A DNA stretch of 64,000 nt from Phoronis australis (lineage: Eukaryota; Animalia; Phoronida), in assembly GCA_002633005.1 (NCBI GenBank), contig NMRA01000039.1:551225-615224 (forward strand), given 5' to 3'. Of the stretch, positions 25,099-38,727 are shown piece by piece. Position 1 is the first letter of the stretch; each line of letters starts with the position of its first letter. The notes below the pieces were generated by a model. The model made no database searches. It was not told the origin of the DNA and saw only the letters and a program-made list of their open reading frames with translations. The position numbers were made by a program, and so were the translations under genes.

Positions 25099-28000
25099 CG
25101 TGTGCGCGCGCCTACCCCCTGCCCAAATGAAATCAGCCTCAAATTGGTCTTTAGTCAAAATATGTTGTTGCTTGAGACCAAACTCTTCAGGAACATTCTT
25201 CACGGTGTGTGGTCAACACGACAAGCATGATCTCAAGACATGGCGAACTGTCAATTGTTTTTATAACCAACAATCTCGACTCATTCGGTAAAGAAAAACT
25301 CAAGTTTATAGTGGTGGTTGGTCTAAATCATATTTTAGCTTTTTCGACGACATGACGGTTTATTGGCGCTTTAAAATATGACTTACTGTCGTCTTCTGTT
25401 GCATTCTTCATAAGGTAATTGTAAAAAGAACTTCTTATCAAACTGGGAACAGAGCTCTCTGAAATGTGATATACAGAAACAACTTCAGTGCATTTCCGGA
25501 TCAAACCAGTGGATTGGCAAACACAAGGGGTGTTAGAGATTCCTTAAACACAGAATTCGAAAGCGGTAGGGTTACGTAGAGCCTAGATTCTCTGGGCCCC
25601 AAAGGCGTATATACTTCACTTTCGTCTGGATTTTCTATACATGTACTTTAAAAACAACTTCAACGTGATAACGCTGAAGCAGATTTTTCTGTATTACATT
25701 CTGCCAAAACAACATAAATAAAAAGCAATTTTTCATAAAGACACATTAAAGGAGAATGCCACCCGATTTAATTAGTCTTTTTTACCGTCTTAATCGGCCT
25801 ATATCCACATCGCCTCTTATACGGTCGACCTCACCTTGCCGAGAGGTGTCGCGTTAACCTGTGAGGAAGGTGAGAAGCGACGCAGCGACGTCAGTGGTTC
25901 GTCTGCTGAGCGAATGCCGCTATATTGCGGTGCATCGGTTCCCGCTTGTCCAAACTATGAAGCTGCGAAGAAAGCGGGTGTATCGTTTCTTCGACTTCCT
26001 CGAGAGCCCGAAATGCTTAGGAAGTGGTTCGCGGTAGTAAAGAATGAAAGGTATGGTGTTAATAGCAAGTATGAGGCCGTGAAACATCTCCGTGTCTGTG
26101 GCCGGCATTTCGTCGACAGTGATTTCTCTGACGAATTCCGGCTTACCAAAGAACTATCCATACGTTCCGTTGCCTATGCATGTTCACTGCGCCTCTCTAG
26201 TATTTCTTGATCAGTGTACTCCGGTTCGAACTGATAGCCTGTGAAACCTAACGCTCCGACCCGTGAAGTCTTCGTCGGATAAGCTCTTGACTAAGTCGGG
26301 ATTGGCGCCGGGCGAGTTGCCATGTAGACGTTTATTATTCTGCGTTCTGTTTCAAAATGAATTATTTTTATCCTAAAATGATCCTAACCAATGCTTATGA
26401 AACTGAAACAAAGTCTGTCTCATTAGATACAATGTGTAATGCCGTGGAGTGCTCGTGAGTGCAAATGTTTTGAGACGCCAGCAATGAATAAACCACTGCG
26501 TTAGGCTACGGGCTTTTTATGCCGACATTGAAAGGTAATTGACCGGGCACCGAGGTCGTGTGAGCGCATGCTAATTCAGTGTTTCCTGACAGAAAGCTGT
26601 TGTGAAACAATTATTCGATTTTATATGCTATCGTCACATGTTAGCGGAATCTTTATTTTGAAATACAAATACATTATTCAAGTCATTGTTACTGTACAAA
26701 CTTTGCCCTGACGGTCTGTGGAAGGGGAACTTCGCGGCCTCCGACAAATAAGTAGATTTTAAGTTTCGTGGCTAATTCACATAAATAATTACGTGCACAT
26801 TATTTCTTTGGCTCACTATTATAGTCTTTTCGTGACTGGAGGTTTAGTTTCAAACTCAAGCTGGTTTATGTTCGTGCCAGTCCCGGCGGACGCGACTGGC
26901 CTGATCGGGTTCCGAGCCACTGGCCGGGATAACAAGCGTTTTGTGTGTTTTGAACTCACAAGTATAAACAACACAGATCTAGGTACTCCTGTCTGTAATT
27001 CAAGGAAGAATACTTCGAATTTATCTCCGAACAGACCCCAAACTCCTGCTACGGCATTACCCTTGGTAAATTGGCCTACCGAACTTTGTGTCCAAATACC
27101 AGTAAATCACGTTTTTATAAGAACTCGGTGTATTTTTAAAGGTTTTACATCGAATTTTGATGATTTATTGGTGTTAAACGATGAATTCAAGCGATAAGCT
27201 GACACCACTAACCCGTGTTGTGAACTGCTGAACAGACTGCGTGTAAAACCAATTACGTCATTGGATAATTTCAACACCTCCGTCTACCGTCAGGTGTCAG
27301 GTAACGCAACCGAACGTGCCGTTACCGAGTAGAACTACTCGATCTAAATTGATACAAAATAGGTTGTTTTTGGATGGCATTCACCTTTAAACATTATCTG
27401 AGGTTTCCCGGCATTTCATTTCTCTTAAAGGGTCGGTTTGCTGTTTATTAACTGTCAATGTTGTGAATTGTTACGCATTCGGTGCAAAATCCTGACACTG
27501 TAAGAAACATTTCATATCAATTATATGACAAATCAAGGCCAAATTCGGGTTTCGTTTTTATCCCTCCAAAGGGAACTTTTACCTATTGAGAAAGAACATA
27601 CAAATCAGTGTCCGAATTACTGAAATATTCCTTTGCAGAATATTCTTCATAGAAACCAGTAAAACTACTGATACGCAGTGAAAATGTCTGCATTAAAATT
27701 ACAACATGATTCTCAGCTGTGTAGTCAATAGCAATTCTTTATCACAAGAACTCTGTCCGATAAAGACCTAAGACACATACAATGATAACTATGAAACAGT
27801 AGCAGTTAGTGATATTGAAATAAAATGAATGAATAAAATATTCGTCAATGCAATTTCAATCAAATATATTTTTTTTCTGAGGATAAGCGGGGCCAAATTG
27901 GGCCAGGCTTTTAACAATACAAAGTCTTTGTTATCAACAGTGAATGAGCAGGAAAATGTTACAAACTTAATTTTCAGGGGACGTAACGTTTGGGAAAATA

Positions 28001-31000
28001 AGGCATCAAAGCATCCTACCTAATGCCAAGCTTGAACTATCTACCAGTTTTAGTTGGCATTGCTCAGCAAATGCTGTAACCCCTGGTGGCTTACTTGTGT
28101 GTGTACAACAGAAACCCGTCAACTAGCAAAATCTGAGGCCGTTCCGCGTCAAGCTCACGCTGAGAACTTATCTTCCATTCTCTAATATCTTTAACCAACT
28201 TGTCCATGTTCAACGCCTCTTCACCTGTAGAAAAGTTACCATTTGAATGCATGAAAGTTTACAAAAGCAGATATGATTGTTAGGAAAAACTACTCGTGGC
28301 AAATTTCTCTATCACACCATGGTCTTTGAAATGACTGAAAGAAAATAAAACTACAGTTCATAATCAAAGAGTAAAAATTAAAATTTTAAGACTTATTGTC
28401 AAAAGCATCTGATTTCCACTATGCAAATGAGCGCAAATAAATTGGGAAGTGAAAAATCATGGCGTCACACTTGCTTGTCATTACATCGCATTACTTTTGC
28501 TTTCATGACAGAAGCCAGGAGTAGAGAGGACTGATAGGACCAACTGGTGAAGGCGAATTGTACGCAGCGGATTTGTGGTTTGCCAAAGAAATCTCTTGGC
28601 GGTATTAAAGTGGCAAGTTCATCAAATCGATGTTGATCTCAATTACAAAACAAGGGAAACTCGGGCAAAGCGTTGAAATGTGTCCACGAATGCAATGCAA
28701 ACGGTATGCTTCTACTGCTCTATATTAGATTCATATCACTGGCCATTAGGTGTCGCAGAGTACTCACAGTCATTCGAAAATGGAATGGTGTCTTGGTCAT
28801 CCAAGTACAGGCTCATGTGCCAAATTTCATGAAAATGTGTAAAGGAACTCTAAAGATATATAGACAAACGTAAGAAAATATAAATGCCACATGCACTATC
28901 TCACAAAGATCTTGCTAGTGTACAGAAAAATAAATCTGCTGAGCCTAATTGATACTTTGAAGCAACGCTGTCGACATTTTCAACATTCTGTGATACCTTT
29001 GAAACTTTAAAAATACGATGCCATGTATGCGATAGGTTTAATTTCGGTTTACCACTTTTGCTTAAGGAAGAAAATGCATTTTTTCACATCACATTCAGAA
29101 CAGTTTCTTGTTTAGAATAGGCACGTCATCTAGATAAAAATATGACGAAATTCCACAAAGTGGGTGAACACAGCAAAGCCATAGATGTTACAGTAAATGA
29201 GCCGTCGTGGTTGAAACAACCAGGGATTGTTTAGTTTCGCCTACACAGGTAACCGGACAATCGCCGCACTTAATTCCATATATATCACACTGGCTGTCTA
29301 CATTACGGATTATTAATCATGTTATGTTCAGTGGTTGCTCCGGTCAAACCGTGTGTGTTAGTATTTAGTTCAGGTCTCGATGTTTCATCAAAAGTCTTGC
29401 TGAAAACTTACATGTAATATGGCTATCCGCACTTCCCTGACTGTCTTCTGTAACTCCCCTTCCATTTATTCAGGCCACCCAGGTGACATAAGGTACACGT
29501 AACGCCCCAAGTTTATGAACATTTGAAGGTGATGACAATCATGAAACAACGCTCTAGTTGTGTAGCTTTACGGTGAATTCTGGTCGTCATGCCATAGGTA
29601 AAATGATATTTACTCTATGGCAATGTTACGATCATCCTTGATCTTGACTAAACATTCTTGGAAAAGAATTTAGAATTTACTCATGTGTAACTTCCTTTTC
29701 TGCGAACGCAGTGTGTTTACACTGTCTGAGGGGGGGGAAGGGTGAGCGGTCAGGCTGCTCTTAAAAACCGTTATTCATAGTTTGGCACTCATCACCAACT
29801 TTTTCTAAAACTTTAAGTCACCATGATGATCTGATTGTATCAAAGGAAAGAGGCAGGATACATTCGTCACTTAACTCATTTGTCGTTAGAGAAGCAAAAT
29901 AGTCTAATCCGACAGAATATTGAAATATGTTGACGTCTTTTTAATGGAAACCTGTTTGCCAAATTTCTAGAAAATCTGCCATGGAAAACTGAAAATATAG
30001 AAACAAACACAAAAACCTGCTCCTAGGGGGCATAGTTATAAACGGACCCGTCCAAAAGTTGTCATCCATTGTCATCTCCATAGAACACATCTGTCAATTT
30101 TGATGAACAACCGTTATGAGTTTTGGGGTACACCAACAGACGCCGGACGCTCAAACAGGGATGGTGCTAATATGCAAACATGACTTGTGTGTATGTAGGC
30201 ACATAATAACCAAATGATTCTCCACTGACTAGGCACATGGTTGGCTACTCACAATCCCAATTTGGGAAGTCTAACGATGGCAACCACAGGCCCTTTTCTT
30301 CCCAGAATTCTCTGCAACTGTCTTCTGTCTAAAACAAAATACACTCATGGTATACTGACACAGTGTGCGCAAACATTCCTCTACATATGTCCATAGTTGA
30401 CAGATGGCAGGACCGTCACGCCTTTTGAAGGATCGTCACGCCCTCAGCAACAGCATCAGAATGCCTCTCGCTTCCTTGACATACGTGTTTTTAAGCATTC
30501 TGGTCTCTGTTGTAACGTCTCCGTTAATTTTTGTGCTTAGTTAAGTAAGCTTCGACTAACAGAACTGCGACAATATATCCACTTTTTACTTGACTAAAAC
30601 ATATTTCAGTTACGGAAAACGCACGTAGAAATCGCAAAAATAGTCTCTCTTGCGCATTTAAAATGAACAATTACTGGGTAGCCACTGTAAGATCACATCA
30701 AACTTCTACACCAATGACATTTTATTGAGACAAAGTCCTGAGTGAATTTCCAAACAGGTTTGGCAAGAAATTTGTCCAATATTGCAGAACCTGACGGAGT
30801 TCTGTTGAAGTGTGTCCAGTTTATTTTGGAAACGGCGGTATCAGGTAGTCCAGTATCTTCAACAAAACGAAAGGCCGTTCGGGAAAATTTCACATGTCTA
30901 AGTACGTGAAATGTTTTAAATTTTTACAGTGGCACAACGTGAACGCAATTATCAATAGGGAAAATAAATGGTATGGAGCATGAACAGAATTATGCGTATT

Positions 31001-33368
31001 CACAATGTTCACAACCTAAATCAATGATTAGCGCAAGTCATATTTCTACATGACCAATGTTGCGTTGTTTTATAGTGCAGATATCTACACGTTCCAACAA
31101 GTCACATACAGCAAGCCAACAAATATCAAAACCAGAAAAAGCAAGCTGGTAGCTTTTGCCATCTTTAATCAGTGATACATCACTTTTACAGCGCCTATAA
31201 GTCCCTCTTCCATCACAAAAACGACATTTGACACCTACCATTACAAATTTTTCGTCAAAAATTTTCCTAGTCAATTTAAGTATGATTTCAGAGCTTCGGA
31301 AAATCGGAAATTTCGTTATTGCTTGAGATAAAGCTCTAAAAGTTAGCTTTATGCAGCGAGTCATTTTAAGCTCCCAGCAAAGTTTCAACGAGTAAGAAAC
31401 TGCCATTTCTAGTTTGGCACCTGAACTGGCCAGATAATTTTTTTGTCTTCGCTGTTTCATGTAGCTTAGGGTTAAGTAACCATGATTTAGGGGGGTGACC
31501 GTTCGCAACCCTTGAGCATTTTTTGAATATGCAGATTAAGGTAACCATCATGCAAAATTACATTTTGCTTTCATTTTCCTTTCCAAGCACTGCAGGCAAA
31601 GTTTCAACGAATACGAAACTGCCGTTTCTTTACAAATTCCGAAATCATTTCTCAATTGAGTAAAGAACAGGTTGGGCTCAATTTTACAGCGGTGAATGGT
31701 TAAAATAATTATTCACTGATCAGGCTGATTTTTCGCTTTAAAAACGTTCTTAGATAGGCAACAACGGTGTTACAAAATTTGATTTCATGAATTTTTAAAA
31801 TATAGCTATACCCAGTAGTATTGGTCCTGGTACAAACATGAAGCACCGGGAAATTCCTTCAGCAGTCTCTTGGCAACGGTTGTCTTGCCTCCATTGGTGA
31901 CGCTGAAACAACATTTTTACATGAGACAGGTAACTGGTTCATTTTTTATGATCCTGGTTACTGTTAAAAGGGCAATTCACCGCTGGTTACCCACCAACAT
32001 TGAATAAATGTACGTAACCGATGTGCTCTGGGGTTTAAAAACTTCACAAGTTTTTTATCTTGAATAATTGCGGAAGGAGTAGATTGCTCAAGTCCCAGGC
32101 AACACGGACATGCACAGTTTTTGAATTTCCAATTCTAGGGTTAGCCAACGCCAACAAACTGTGGAGTCGCTGATGGTTCCTACTTTCTTGTTGGTAACGG
32201 AAATTTAGTCTTCTCACGATAAGAAAGATAATGAAACAGATTTTATGAGTTAAAGTGACTTCATTCACTTTCCGTTTTCTGACAGCTTTATACTGGGGAA
32301 AGGCAGTTTCAACACAACGCAGAAACTTTCATGAAGTGCAATGTAATCTGTGTGCAAAAGTGTCATCCAAATTCGAGGCAAATTATTCAGACACAACATA
32401 ATCAAGGGGAATTCCTTCCAACAATTCACATTTTTAAGTTAAAATGTCTATGAACCATTGCTCTACGGAAAAAATTGGCTTCATTTATTCCATCTATCGT
32501 CATGCTATTGGTTTTAACTTGTTCTTTAATAAGACGAGAAGGGAGTTTTGCTCTTAAAAAGCACCGACTGATGATATTGCTCAAGACTATGCTCTATAAT
32601 ATAAATAGCACGGTGTGATAAGACAAATTATAGAGCCTGGACACAAACAGTCAAGCATTTTCAGTTTTGTGCACGACCAAAATCACCTCTCATCCGAATA
32701 AAGAACAAGATGCGACCAATTTTACAAAAGCATGTGGTCTAAATAAAATTGGCTGGACATGGTCATTTTAAGCAGCAATTCAATTTCGCTGCTTTCAGTT
32801 TAGTCTTCTGATCTACTATACCATAACAATTCAGCACCTTCGGATGATGGGTTTATTTGGTTGCCATCCGGGTTGTAATTAGTACCTGTCTCATTCAATG
32901 ACAACAAAATCTCTTAGCGCTTGTGAAAACTGCTTAAACCTGTTTCATGAATGCAGCCACAGATCAGTTTTACTTTGTAGAGTTGGATATTGACTTCGTA
33001 GAGTTTGACGGAGGCTGCATTTTTGCATCATTTGACGCGTTTCTTATTTTACGGTTGTCTCACCTTGGACACATGTCCGCCAAATTTTAAGAAATACAAC
33101 TAAAGACATGAGAATCACCTTGCTCATTTCTTGATTATCTAATTTTTCTTGATAGACAATTCTCTTTTCCACTAAGCTCATTCATTATGTATCGTTACGT
33201 GTTAGTGTAAGAATTTCAAGACTGTTTTCTTGGATCCCAGGAAATTGATATGGACTCCGCGCGAGTTTGTTGGACCCCAGTGTTTGGGATTGTAGGATGA
33301 ATACTGCCATGCCTGGTGATTCATAGTAATTTTAACAGTTACCCTCCAATTCCAACAACAAAGGACAT
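21786..33368 (-). CDS. NMRK1: Nicotinamide riboside kinase (NRK family), 192 aa; exons 33368-33343, 31902-31812, 30328-30253, 28224-28095, 25458-25387, 23762-23659, 21865-21786
   Basis: All introns are GT-AG and phase-consistent (579 nt). The protein MSFVVGIGGVTNGGKTT...YQDQYY...NWDCEEALNMDK...ILLVDGFLLY...FFLQLPYEECNRRRQTRKY...GYFDTVVWPAYLK...VYVSGT has the P-loop and NRK motifs. NMRK1 versus NMRK2 orthology cannot be resolved here. Confidence 0.95.
22400..23020 (-). pseudogene. Decayed copy of the membrane protein family nested in the last NMRK coding intron
   Basis: APCWVQG*QFSGFVLKSVLFRKSRLDLEINS aligns with APICFGWQGVIVVYISSTLFRKNRQHRRIYNS of paralog B (TGG>TAG). Downstream LIVTLEVFI and YLTRLI echo IIAFLELFL and HTTRLI. 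Confidence 0.65.
25038..25096. repeat. (CA)n microsatellite
   Basis: Uninterrupted AC run of about 59 bp. Confidence 0.98.
25750..27386 (+). mobile_element. Non-autonomous Kolobok-like DNA transposon carrying a THAP domain
   Basis: TTAA|AGGAGAATGCCACCC...GGATGGCATTCACCT|TTAA (15-bp TIR, 2 mismatches). ORF 25914-26210 MPLYCGASVPAC...FLRLP...W...VCGRHF is a C2CH THAP; no DDE domain remains. Lies in an NMRK intron. Confidence 0.85.
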
Positions 33369-35899
33369 TCTGTCTCTTTTGCTTGTCGGCGGGAATTACC
33401 ACACAATGTAACAAACTGTTTCAGTGGTTGTTATCTGGTTGCTTGTCGATTTCCACTGTCTCCCAGTCAGTTGATTCTTCCCACCTGCCCACTAGAGTGC
33501 CTCCAAAAGTGAGTTCAAGAGTTGCTTGGGTTGACCTTCTCTATGTGACCTCCTCTTCAGTGGCTGAATCAAAGAGAAAGGTCAAAACGGCATGTTAAAA
33601 TTCACTACACTTAATAGGCTCATTATTTGGCGAAATGAAATTTCTCCAAGCATTTTGCTTTTTCGCAATGATATAATTGTTTTTGTTAGTTTGTTTCTTG
33701 GCATTTTTCGTCCGATAGACACGAAATTCACACACAACGTGTATCTTGAGGTCAACAGTTTTTGGTAGGAATCATTTTTCAAATTTTCACAGGCGTTACT
33801 TGACGAATCAGTCATTTAGTGTGTCAATAAACATTGCGATGCACAAAGTCTAAAGAAAAAGTTTCTCTCTGACTTCCATTTTCGTATTATTTGAGATTTA
33901 CAACTGACAAGGGTCGGACACTGGTACGCTTCTCAGACTTCAGCGCAGTCATGCGTCTCAGGATTCAATAACAATTGATCGACAAGGAATTTTAACATAA
34001 CATGAAACTCATCAATATTTCGAGACTTTTTGTCTTCAGTCAAGATCGAACAACAGAAAGCGCTTTGACATCCATTATTATTATTATTTTGGCCTTGCGA
34101 CGTTGTACCTTCTTTGTCCCTTATATGCTTCACCCACTTGGTATGTAAATGGATCTCCCAAGGTCATTTAGGAATTAAGAATAGGTTATCGATTGTTCGC
34201 TTTTTGTCGTGTTCGAAGGTGTTATGACTTACTCAGTATTCGACTGTGGCACGCTTCACCCTAACGTAGTTTTCATGACATGCCAAATTTTTCGTTTGAA
34301 ATTTTTACACAACAGAATGCGATGTTGTTCGAGGACTTGCTGTCGTTGGCCTAGCCAATGTCACCAGCACCTTGAGGCAAGAGTGGCGTCAGTGATGTTG
34401 CCATAGTTGGCATTATAAGTTTTGTCGGTGGCTTCATGTCACTGGCGTCGTCATCATTTGCGATTCTCGGATCACAGTTGGTACCTTAATGTTCTGCTCA
34501 CTGTTGAAGGCGGCATCGATGTCTTCGGTCGTGTTGTTATTAACGTTGCTCATTGCATTGTCAGTAGTCTTGATAGTGTCAGTGCCAATGACAGTGTCCT
34601 TGTGTTAAGCCCTCACATTAAACTCGATCAAACTGTAGTTTTGAAGCTAATGACGTGCACACAGGTGAATGAAAACTAAAAAAAGCATTATACAAAAAGT
34701 AGGGTCGATGTCTGCACTTAAAGGCAGTAAACGAATGCGTATGATGGGAACTACTTTACGGATCAACGTCACGTGTAGAATCTAACGAGACTTCAAAAGT
34801 CAACAGGTGGAAATAAAGCTTGTATTCAATTGACTCACACACAACTTGTCCATACAAATGCGGTTGCGCTGAAAACGTCAAAAATAACAATCACAAATGT
34901 GGTGTAAGTTTTGCATTATGTTTCTCAATGAATTAAGAAACCTTGTCGAGAATGACCTTGGTGTCTAAGCTGCATTTTTTTCAAAAATTGACTGAATTTT
35001 ATTTTGGTTAACAAATTGGGTTCTCTCACATGGTTGGAAACTGAAATCTCGGGAGTAACAACGCTGTTACAAATTGTGGGGGACAAACTGTGTAGCCAAT
35101 AGACAAAATCTGAAGGCGTCGGCACAGCATCATGAAGGTGGATTAACAAGACCCGAGAGGTGTTTCGCTAAAATAAATTTCTACTCCGATTGGATGAGTA
35201 AATAATAGATTTAATTATTGTATTCACGCTCATACTGGAACTGAAACCAGAGGAAGCACCTAACACAATCAGAATCAACTTGCACTCGCACATTGTATAT
35301 CATATTAAATTGATTATCTGCGCTCTATTTGTAAGTACGGGTCATGTAAAGGCACTGTCTTCTGGTGATAGTTGGCCAACCCAGCAAATGCTGGTCAATA
35401 ACATATTATTGCTCGTTCATTTAACAGGTGACAGCCCGGTTAATTTTTGAGTGAGCGAGTGAACACCTACCAATGCTTTTCTATGCTACGTTTCGTGGTG
35501 TACCTATCGTTAAACCTCTTGCTTTCAATTTACTTTTTCATCTGGTGTGGGTTCTCCATATGCTAATGACCTATATTATTCCATATACATGTTTGTGCGA
35601 CCTTCATGTGTGCCATGAAGTTAAAAATGGAAAGTAGAGTCAGTGTGCATTTCACTGGAGAGCTATATTCCCTTATCTGCGTAGTATTATTCTCTTGGTA
35701 TAAGTTCGCATTTGATGACTTCCAAAAAATTAGCGCGCAGACAAACGTTCCACATCACAGCGAAGTATGTTTGTTTTGATTTCATAAACTGAAAGGAAAA
35801 AACACTAACTAAAAGGCACTATTCACTACTCTCATATATTGATGGCGCTGTAAAAAACGATTATTGTACATTGTTGTTTAAGAGACAGTGCCTTGATTT

Positions 35900-36860
35900 A
35901 GTACCAATTTTAACAACACAAACGTGAAAGCGCACGTTTTCCAAACATTCAGAACCATTGTAGTTTTGACACAACACCCCGTTTTCAATGATTGTGGTGA
36001 ATTCGTGCAAGCAGTGAATACGGACAAAACATTCACAAAATACGCTAAATACAAACATTGAACGTTTCACTAAGCATTTACAACAACCGTGCGATTTAGA
36101 TAAAAATGATAGCACTGAAAAGCTTCAAAAGCTAGGTACTACCAGTTTGAAGGTCAAAAGCAAATGTACTCAGTTACCTTGAAAATGACTAAGGGCGGAA
36201 CTGTACATAAATATATGAACGAGCAACTTAAAACGAAACAAAGTCGAAACTAGATAACCATATTACTGCATGTAAAACCAGGTTACTGCAAACAAAATGA
36301 CTTATCTAACCTTTTACTTACATCGTGTATTCCTTGTTCAGACTATACATCGGAGACCAGCACAACGTCACGATTGAACCACCACAATAACAAAAGTAAG
36401 TTCGAAATAAATGAGCAAAGGTAGTATGAATGTGATCCGCTGCAAGGCGCTCAAGGCGTGTCAAATATGAAGATGAAATAGGGCGTGAAACACAATCAAC
36501 ATTCCAATAAATACTGTACAAGACCAGTAACGAGCATACTGCTAGTACTAACGCCAATATAAATAAAAACAGCTGACACATACTACTCCACCCGAAAAGC
36601 AGAGTTGATATGCTTAACAAACTGAATATCCAAATACTGCCGATGCAAACGCCAAACAAATACAACGAAACCAATAAAGATCAGTAACATGGTTCACATC
36701 AAATGAATTAATCTGTCGACACCAAAAGTACCAGCTTGCGAACGGGTCAGCGTAACACTGAATTGGCCGTCTTCGCAACTCGTGCACCTACAGACGATAC
36801 ATAGAGAGTCCTTGTGCACCTCAGTTACTCCTCTCATTGTCCACTCGTTACCATTAGTAC
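35900..36860 (-). pseudogene. Decayed copy of the membrane protein family, abutting the transposon end at 36863
   Basis: Hydrophobic ORF 36674-36318 (SLYLFGVCIGSIWIF...LFLFILALVLAVCSLL...YLTRLERL), then FIYLCTVPPLVIFKVTEYICF resembling FFYYLTIPVVVFLEQVIF. Stops and frameshifts present. Confidence 0.5.
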
Positions 36861-37770
36861 CGCAGGCCCGTAGGAAGGTAAAAATTATTTGGGGGGGGCA
36901 CAAACCAATTCGACCTTGTCAACTTACCTCTTTCCTATCACCACCCCCAGCCCCCGTTCTCTGGATGTCACCTTATTTGTACCGACCCCACACGTCCGCC
37001 ATAGGTGAGTTGGGGCGGAGGGGGGATAATACTTGAGATGCAGCCATCAGGATTTGAGTAACCGTGAACCAACAAAGTTTCACGGAGAGTAAGAATAGGT
37101 CTAGGACCAGCGCAATGACGGGTAGCTGAGTTCCAACAATAGATTCGATGAACTAAAGCTAGTCGCTAGTCAGCTCAGCCACGATTCACTTGAGATAGAC
37201 AGCTTAGCTCTTACCTATTCCTCTGCGCCGCGGCTGGCTCTAAGGTCAAGATTCGTTTTATTATGATCAAGTTTCGGGAAAACCTCATTTTATCATGGCC
37301 ATTATTTGAAGGAATTTTTTGGAAAGGTGAGGGCCCGAGATCCCTGGTGTGTCCGTTTCAAAGTCCCTTGATGAAACACAGCCGGTAGTCCACTTTCTTG
37401 TGACTGGGGGGAATGATACAGAGCGTGTCCCAAAATGTACACACTTCAACGCCTGGAGTTCAAATTCAGCTTCCGTGGATCACTAAGAATCTGTGCAGGC
37501 CCACGGCATAGTTACACCTTATTTTCACCGTGCTGCTTAAGTCATGACGTGCTCCGTGTGTGTAGTATGCACAGGAATGGAAACCAAATGATTCAGTTTT
37601 GAAGAAAATTTATTGCACAATACTATTGAAAACTAACAACATCAAGGAAGTGCAGAGAATCTTTCCAAGTTGATGAGCAATAAGTTTAATTTTATTTAAG
37701 TACTTAAACTTCTTCTATCTACGGTTTGTGAAATTAAACCCACTAATCTATTTCCTAAGTCAATAAACAG

Positions 37771-38395
37771 TTTATTGTCATTTGAATTGTGAGAAAATTT
37801 TAGGACACTTCGTAGAGCTGTCCGACATTCATCAATATCTAAGACTTCTTTCATATAGACAAATCAAATCGTTTAGTGTAATTTTATAGTTGGGGATCTG
37901 GTGACAGATCGAATTTTCTCAATTTCTGCCTGTAACTAAGTTCGTTGAAGCATTGTCATTTATTACGATATTAGCTTCTAATTGTAAAAAAATCATCAGA
38001 ATTCGCTCATTTTGGTAAATACGTAAACATGTAATTCAGAAACTAACAATCGAATCCTTGTTTTAATGAATTTTATTCCTTTTTTATTCCCTGTTGGTGA
38101 GTTTAAACGACAAATCTTGTATCAAAGTCAAAAAGCAATGCATTTATTGTCATTTGAATTGTGAGTAAATTTTTGGGAAATGTCCAAATTTCATCAAATT
38201 CTTTGAAGAGTTATTTTAGATCCAAGTGCACTTTACTATTTAGGAATCTGATTATAGAGTTTTTTCAATATTCAGGCTTCAACTAAATTCACTGAAACAT
38301 CATCATTTCTTAAAATATTAGCTTCTAATTGCCAAAAATCATCTATTAACCTATCGCTTTTCGTAGATACACAAACATGTAAATCAGAAACCAAC
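37771..38395. repeat. Diverged ~260-280 bp direct repeat (37771-38050 and 38143-38395)
   Basis: Both begin tttattgtcatttgaattgtgag and share atattagcttctaattg and aaacatgtaa.tcagaaac. Confidence 0.8.
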
Positions 38396-38727
38396 GAATT
38401 TGTTTATTAAAATGGGAACACGTTAGATGGGGCATTCGTATTAAGGTGTATTTTGCTAATTTCCGAGGTATCTATAACAGTTCACGAATTTAACATGAAC
38501 TCAAAAAAAAAACGCTGAAATAGTTGTTTATTATTGCGAATATTTTTGAGTACCCCCGTTCGACACGGTCATCACAAGTCGTAGCCTCCAGTCTTTTCGA
38601 CATTTGTGAATTAATTACAAACAGTTCCTGGTAACGACCTTCGAAAGAAATACTGTTCTTGTGATACTATTGGAAAAATATAACATTTTTTATAACTAAC
38701 CATCGGAAGTAGCCTTTTTGTGTAAAT

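Noticed and set aside
24867-25230. ORFs with VC/HT dipeptide runs
   Set aside because: Translation of the (CA)n microsatellite.
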